Assembly (NCBI GenBank): GCA_021788795.1
Contig: JAJYKG010000001.1
Location: 1 to 30,466, forward strand
From: Thermoplasmata archaeon
GTDB taxonomy: Archaea; Thermoplasmatota; Thermoplasmata; RBG-16-68-12
Reading direction: 5' to 3'
DNA length: 30,466 nt
The translations under genes were made by a program, and so were the position numbers. Position 1 is the first letter of the stretch; the number at the start of each line of letters is the position of its first letter. Under the pieces are notes generated by a model. The model was not told the DNA's origin, did not search any database, and saw only the letters and a program-made list of their open reading frames with translations. Below, piece by piece: positions 26,214-30,466 of the stretch.

Positions 26214-26420
26214 ATGCTCTGCCACTACTGCGAGAACCAGGCACGGGGGATCTGCCGCTTCTGCGGCGCAGGCGTCTGCCGCGACCACATGCGCGCGACG
26301 CGGTTCGTCAGCGGTTTCGAGTACCCGACGGAGATGGGGTACATCGCGGACTACGCCGTCGTGGACAACGCGATCTGGTGCGGCCGCTGCTCGGCGCGGT
26401 TCGTGCGCAACCACCCGTAG
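26214..26420 (+). CDS. Small Cys/His-rich putative two-zinc protein, 68 aa
   Basis: CxxC-x7-CxxC-x4-CxxH-x30-CxxC gives eight evenly paired ligands. The ORF fills the gap between two housekeeping genes. Confidence 0.8.
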   Translation: MLCHYCENQARGICRFCGAGVCRDHMRATRFVSGFEYPTEMGYIADYAVVDNAIWCGRCSARFVRNHP

Positions 26421-26432
26421 CGGGGCCGCGAC

Positions 26433-27407
26433 TCAGGCCCGGTACAGGTCCCGGCGGATCCGCGGGACCATGGCCATGAGGACCGCCGCCTCCGTGAGCG
26501 TGTCCCGGTCCATCCGCCGCTCGGTCAGGTAGCCGATGGCCCCGAACTTCGAGCCAATCTCGCGCACGCCCGTGAGTTCCGCCATCGCCTCGCTCACCGT
26601 CTTCCCGCCCTTCACCCGCTCGATCACCGCGGGCGGATACTCGAACCCCGGGCCGTGGCCGAGGGTCACGCGGCCGGCGCGGTCCACGATGGCGCAGTAC
26701 TGCACGTCCAAGTAGCCGCCCACGGAGGCGTCCCAGAGGAGCCCAGCCTCGATCCCCACGCCGAGGTCCGCGTCGCCGAGGGCCGCCCGCGCCCGGTTCA
26801 TGGCGCCCACCGCGGCCTGCTGGTCGACCGGCTGCTCCGGCACGCCCGTCGCGACGGCCACGCCGCGAACCCGGACCCGGTCGAACACGTCCTCGAGCAC
26901 GCGGCGCACCGCGCGGACCTTCACAGGGTTGTCCGTGCCCACGTGGGCGGCCAAGGGGGTGAGGCGGCGGCCGTGCGCGTCGATCGTCCCGGCGCGGATG
27001 CGGCGGGACTGGATCGAGAGCCCGTCCTCGGCCAGGACCATGGGGACCGCGCGCACCTCGAGCGGGCGCAGTCCCTTGCGCGCGCGGGCGTCGTTCAGCG
27101 CCTGGCCCACGTGGGCCCGCTCCGCGGAGACCACGAGGACGTCCAGGTCCGGGAGGTCGTCCGCCGGCCCGAAGGCGTCGTCAATCGGCTCGACGACGAA
27201 CCGCGTCGACCCGCGGGCCCGGAGGTATCGCACGAGGTTGCGTTCCCGGACCGGATAGGGGTTGAGTTCGGAGCGCGTCTCGCGCGCGAACCGGTCCGTC
27301 GTCAGGCCGATCAGGACCCGCGTGGCCCGGAGCGCGAAGGCGGCCCCGAGGAGGGCTTTGTGTCCGTCGTGGAGGAGGTCGAACGTCCCTCCCATGGCGA
27401 CGCGCAT
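26433..27407 (-). CDS. coaD: Bifunctional phosphopantetheine adenylyltransferase / inosine-xanthosine triphosphatase (YjjX-like)
   Basis: N domain: GGTFDLLHDGH (HxGH), GLTTD, VVSAE and IQSRRIR. C domain: VGTDNPVKVRAV, GVPEQP, GAMNRA, VGIEAGL and GAIGYLT. A CTTATAT box (27431-27437, minus) lies 24 nt before the ATG. Confidence 0.9.
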   Translation of the reverse strand: MRVAMGGTFDLLHDGHKALLGAAFALRATRVLIGLTTDRFARETRSELNPYPVRERNLVRYLRARGSTRFVVEPIDDAFGPADDLPDLDVLVVSAERAHVGQALNDARARKGLRPLEVRAVPMVLAEDGLSIQSRRIRAGTIDAHGRRLTPLAAHVGTDNPVKVRAVRRVLEDVFDRVRVRGVAVATGVPEQPVDQQAAVGAMNRARAALGDADLGVGIEAGLLWDASVGGYLDVQYCAIVDRAGRVTLGHGPGFEYPPAVIERVKGGKTVSEAMAELTGVREIGSKFGAIGYLTERRMDRDTLTEAAVLMAMVPRIRRDLYRA

Positions 27408-27443
27408 CGCGCCGCCATCCGGTGCTCGCGATATAAGCATGCC

Positions 27444-28478
27444 CTAGGGGAGGAGGCGGCCCTCGTGGATCGCGATCAAGTCCGAGTACACGGCGAAGGC
27501 GGTCTGCCGCAGGCCGGGGTTGCGCTCGGAGATGAAGATCTCCTTGAGCATGTCCGTCCGCGCGAGGAGCCCGTTGGACGTCCCGTCGACCCCGGCGAGG
27601 GGATGGTCGAGGGGCACCTCCTCCACGGTCACCGAGGCCCGCACGCCGCCGTCCTCGCGCCATCCGCGCGCGACCTGCTTGACGCGCCGCCCCAGGGCGC
27701 GGGCCTCCTGCACGCGGGAGGCGGAGATCCCCAGGATTCCCTGCCGCGGCACCGTCTCGGGCCGGAGACGCCCGCCCATGAGGACGTTCGCGAGGAGGCA
27801 GGCCTTCGCCGTGGCGTCCCAGCCCTCCAGGTCCATGGACGGGTCGGCCTCGAGGAAGCCCATGCGCCGCGCCGCCTCCACGCCGGCCTCGTAGGAGCGG
27901 CCGGCCTCGATCTCGGACAGGATGAAGTTGCTCGTGCTGTTCAGGATGCCCTCGAACGACTCGACGTGCGCGCCGCGGAGGGTCTCCTGGAAGAGGTTGA
28001 AGACCGGCGCGCCGTCCATCACGGTCCCCTCGTAACGGAAGCCGGCGTGGTTCCGCCGCGCGAGCGCGCGCAACGCGGCGTAGTGGTAGACCACCGGGCC
28101 CTTATTCGCGGTGATCACGTGCTTTCCGCTGGACAGCGCGGCCCGGATGTGGTCGACGGCTGCCTGGCGCTCCGCGATGCGCAGGGGCGTGAGTTCCACG
28201 ACGATGTCCGCGCGCACGCGGCGGAGGAACGGGACGGTCTCCTCCCGGATGGCGCGGCCGCACGGCTCGAGCGACCGGCCCGCGCCTGCCAGTCGCAGCG
28301 CCTTCCGCAGATCGACCCCCTTCGCGTTCTCGACGCGACCGTGGCGGCCCGTCAGGATCGCGACGACGCGGGCCTCGAGGCCCTGCTCCCGCCGCAGCTC
28401 GGCGCGGCGCTCGAGGAGCAGGCGGGCGAACTCCTGCCCGACGTTGCCGAAACCCAGGAGGACGATACGATGACCCAT
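27444..28478 (-). CDS. hom: Homoserine dehydrogenase, no ACT domain
   Basis: LLGFGNVG, HVITANKGPV, YEGTVMDGAP, GILNSTSNFIL and GFLEADPSMDLEGWDATAK. Confidence 0.92.
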   Translation of the reverse strand: MGHRIVLLGFGNVGQEFARLLLERRAELRREQGLEARVVAILTGRHGRVENAKGVDLRKALRLAGAGRSLEPCGRAIREETVPFLRRVRADIVVELTPLRIAERQAAVDHIRAALSSGKHVITANKGPVVYHYAALRALARRNHAGFRYEGTVMDGAPVFNLFQETLRGAHVESFEGILNSTSNFILSEIEAGRSYEAGVEAARRMGFLEADPSMDLEGWDATAKACLLANVLMGGRLRPETVPRQGILGISASRVQEARALGRRVKQVARGWREDGGVRASVTVEEVPLDHPLAGVDGTSNGLLARTDMLKEIFISERNPGLRQTAFAVYSDLIAIHEGRLLP

Positions 28479-28533
28479 GGCGACGACCTCACGGCGCAGG
28501 ACGCCGGGATGGACACCGCAGGGTTAAGAATTC

Positions 28534-28596
28534 CGGGCGCTTTCGGTGCGCCCGCGCTTCCACGCGAAGCGGTGGAGCTCCCCCTCCACCGAAAGC
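28534..28596. other. Cluster of overlapping inverted repeats, a candidate structured RNA
   Basis: Three tandem hairpins plus a perfect 10-bp long-range complement; see findings. Confidence 0.45.
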
Positions 28597-28684
28597 TGTT
28601 TGAACACTTCGGAACAACCTTGCGTCGTTCTACTTGAGAATTCCGATAACCTCAAATAGTGCACATTTCTTCTCCGCGACCGAG

Positions 28685-28966
28685 ATGCGAGGGGGATCGA
28701 GAAGGCTGGGGGTGGTCGAGAACATCGGCCACGACGGCAGCCTGCTCGTCCGCTCGGAGTTCGCACCGGCGAGAGGTGCCGACGTCTTGGACAAGCGGAA
28801 CCGCCCCCTCGGCCGCGTGGCGAGGGTCTTCGGGCCGGTCAAGGAGCCGTTCACGTCCGTCCGTCCCTCCGTCCCCGCGTCCCCGTCCCTGCTCGGGACG
28901 GCCGTGTTCGTCAGTGAGGGAAAGCATGCCCACGAAGAAGATCGAGGAGGCCGAAGAGGTCACTAG
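28685..28966 (+). CDS. gar1: H/ACA RNP protein Gar1/Naf1
   Basis: RRLGVV..., [28 protein letters not shown], and the conserved position directly upstream of tfb. Confidence 0.85.
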   Translation: MRGGSRRLGVVENIGHDGSLLVRSEFAPARGADVLDKRNRPLGRVARVFGPVKEPFTSVRPSVPASPSLLGTAVFVSEGKHAHEEDRGGRRGH

Positions 28967-29861
28967 GTGCCCGGAGTGCAACTCCGGCCACCTGACCTTC
29001 GACTACGAGCGAGGCGAGCTCATCTGCGAGGAGTGCGGGCTCGTCCTGACCGACCAGATGATCGACCAGGGACCCGAGTGGCGGGCGTTCGACGTCGAGC
29101 AGGGCGAGAAGCGCGCCCGCACGGGAGCGCCGATGACGTACACGATCCACGACAAGGGCCTGTCGACGACGATCGGCTGGAAGAACAAGGATTCCTACGG
29201 CAAGTCCATCCCGACGCGGAACCGCGCCCAGCTGTATCGCCTGCGGAAGTGGCAGCGCCGCATCCGCGTGAGCAACGCGACGGAACGCAACCTGGCGTTC
29301 GCCCTGAGCGAGCTGGACCGGATGGCGAGCGGCATGGGCCTCCCGCGGAACGTCCGCGAGACCGCCGCGATGGTGTACCGCAAGGCGGTCAACAAGAACC
29401 TCATCCGAGGGCGGTCCATCGAGGGCGTCGTCGCCGCGTCCCTGTACGCCGCTTGCCGCCAGTGCAACGTGCCGCGGACGCTCGATGAGATCGCGAACTC
29501 GTCCCGCGTCGGCCGGAAGGAGATTGGCCGCACCTACCGCTTCATGACGCGCGAGCTCAAGCTGAAGCTCATGCCGACGAAGCCCCAGGACTACGTGTCC
29601 CGCTTCTGCTCCGAGCTCAAGCTGAGCGGCGAGGTGCAGTCCCGGGCCGTGGAGATCCTCAAGGACGCGCAGGACAAGGAGCTCACGTCGGGTCGCGGCC
29701 CGACGGGCGTGTCCGCGGCGGCAATCTACATCGCCTCCATCCTGTGCAATGAGCGGCGCACGCAGCGCGAGGTCGCCGACGTCGCCGGCGTCACCGAGGT
29801 CACGATCCGCAACCGCTACAAGGAACTGACGGAGAAACTCGGCATCAAGGTCGAGCTGTAG
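28926..29861 (+). CDS. tfb: Transcription initiation factor IIB
   Basis: Zn ribbon CPEC...CEECG, B-reader DQGPEWRAF...RTGAP, and cyclin repeats ERNL...GRS...VPRTL...GRGPTG...RTQREVA...TIRNRYKEL. Start moved to 28926. Confidence 0.97.
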   Translation: MPTKKIEEAEEVTRCPECNSGHLTFDYERGELICEECGLVLTDQMIDQGPEWRAFDVEQGEKRARTGAPMTYTIHDKGLSTTIGWKNKDSYGKSIPTRNRAQLYRLRKWQRRIRVSNATERNLAFALSELDRMASGMGLPRNVRETAAMVYRKAVNKNLIRGRSIEGVVAASLYAACRQCNVPRTLDEIANSSRVGRKEIGRTYRFMTRELKLKLMPTKPQDYVSRFCSELKLSGEVQSRAVEILKDAQDKELTSGRGPTGVSAAAIYIASILCNERRTQREVADVAGVTEVTIRNRYKELTEKLGIKVEL

Positions 29862-29877
29862 CCCCGGACCCCACCCG

Positions 29878-29894
29878 GCGGGATCAGATCCCGC
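29878..29894. terminator. Inverted repeat between convergent genes (possible terminator)
   Basis: GCGGGATC-A-GATCCCGC lies just after the tfb stop and over the stop of the convergent ORF. Confidence 0.3.
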
Positions 29895-30225
29895 GGGCGC
29901 CGGCGAAGAGGAGCGCGGCCCGCTCGCCCGAGCGCTTCGCGCGGCGGTCCTCAACAATCCCGACGGACGGCTCGCGCGTCCGACCGACGCGGGTGAGCGA
30001 CCACTCGAGCTTGGCCACCTTGCTCGCGAGCGTCTCCCCCATCCGACGGTTGTATGTGGCCATGCGCCGCAGGAGCTCCTGCTTGACGCGCGGAGAATCC
30101 GCGCGGCCGAGGAAGTCCTCGCGGCGCACGCACACGCCGTCTTCGTTCTCCATGTGCCAGAAGTAGAGGTTCACCACATGCCCCCGGGACGTGCGAAGTC
30201 CCACGCCACCGCAGCCGATTTCCAT
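29884..30225 (-). CDS. Hypothetical protein, about 113 aa
   Basis: Open frame with no recognised motif. The ATG at 30225 was chosen because AAGGTGG precedes it and the 30342 start collides with the divergent permease start. Confidence 0.5.
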   Translation of the reverse strand: MEIGCGGVGLRTSRGHVVNLYFWHMENEDGVCVRREDFLGRADSPRVKQELLRRMATYNRRMGETLASKVAKLEWSLTRVGRTREPSVGIVEDRRAKRSGERAALLFAGARGI

Positions 30226-30340
30226 CGTTCCACCTTGGCCCGCTCCAGTTCCGACCAAGCCCATGAACCTTGAACCGAACCCGTTCGATGCGACGACCGC
30301 TTGGTAAAGCTTCTTCTGGAACGCAAGGCTGCGTCGCGCC

Positions 30341-30466
30341 ATGGCCGCGCGGAAGATTACGATGGCTCAGGCGGCGTTCATCGGGCTCGGCAACATCATC
30401 GGGGCGGGGATCTTCGTCCTCGCGGGCACCACAATCCACCTCGCGGGCCCGGGGGCCCTCGTGGCC
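30341..30466 (+). CDS. APC-family amino acid permease, N-terminal fragment running off the window
   Basis: My translation is MAARKITMAQAAFIGLGNIIGAGIFVLAGTTIHLAGPGALVA, with the TM1 motif GxxIGAGIF. It is not in the ORF track because it has no stop in the window. Confidence 0.85.
   Translation, partial: MAARKITMAQAAFIGLGNIIGAGIFVLAGTTIHLAGPGALVA

Noticed and set aside
26433-27407. CoaD-YjjX fusion as a novelty
   Set aside because: This bifunctional fusion is already known from Thermoplasmatales. It helps with taxonomy but is not new.
26655-28637. 660-aa plus-strand ORF
   Set aside because: It is antisense to coaD and hom, has no recognisable domain, and is a high-GC artefact.
1-30466. CRISPR arrays, tRNA/rRNA genes, transposases, integrases and defence genes
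   Set aside because: No regularly spaced direct repeats, RNA gene signatures or mobile-element proteins were seen by eye. A tRNAscan/Infernal run would be needed to exclude small RNAs formally.

Overview
This is a GC-rich archaeal chromosomal window, probably Thermoplasmata. That placement is an inference from TFB, Gar1, PriL, type II GAPDH, 20S proteasome subunits and a CoaD-YjjX fusion. About 28 genes are recognisable, and no tRNA, rRNA, CRISPR array or mobile element is visible. Two loci stand out. (1) A compact wHTH-psmB-psmA cluster (4-1917) carries adjacent proteasome beta and alpha genes. The beta subunit has no propeptide and the alpha subunit lacks the YD gate motif, suggesting an alternative 20S-like protease. 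(2) An Opp/Dpp-type ABC importer (11278-23249) has three enlarged core subunits: a 1636-aa binding protein on an Ig-like stalk, an OppC with a ~490-aa extracellular domain, and an OppD with a ~110-aa helical insert. Two coupled accessory membrane genes follow it. Also seen: a one-base frameshift in a membrane-protein gene, a multi-hairpin or pseudoknot-capable element between hom and gar1, and a small two-zinc protein. Several long ORFs in the supplied track are high-GC shadow ORFs, and many starts were moved downstream. All family calls come from motif recognition, not database searches.
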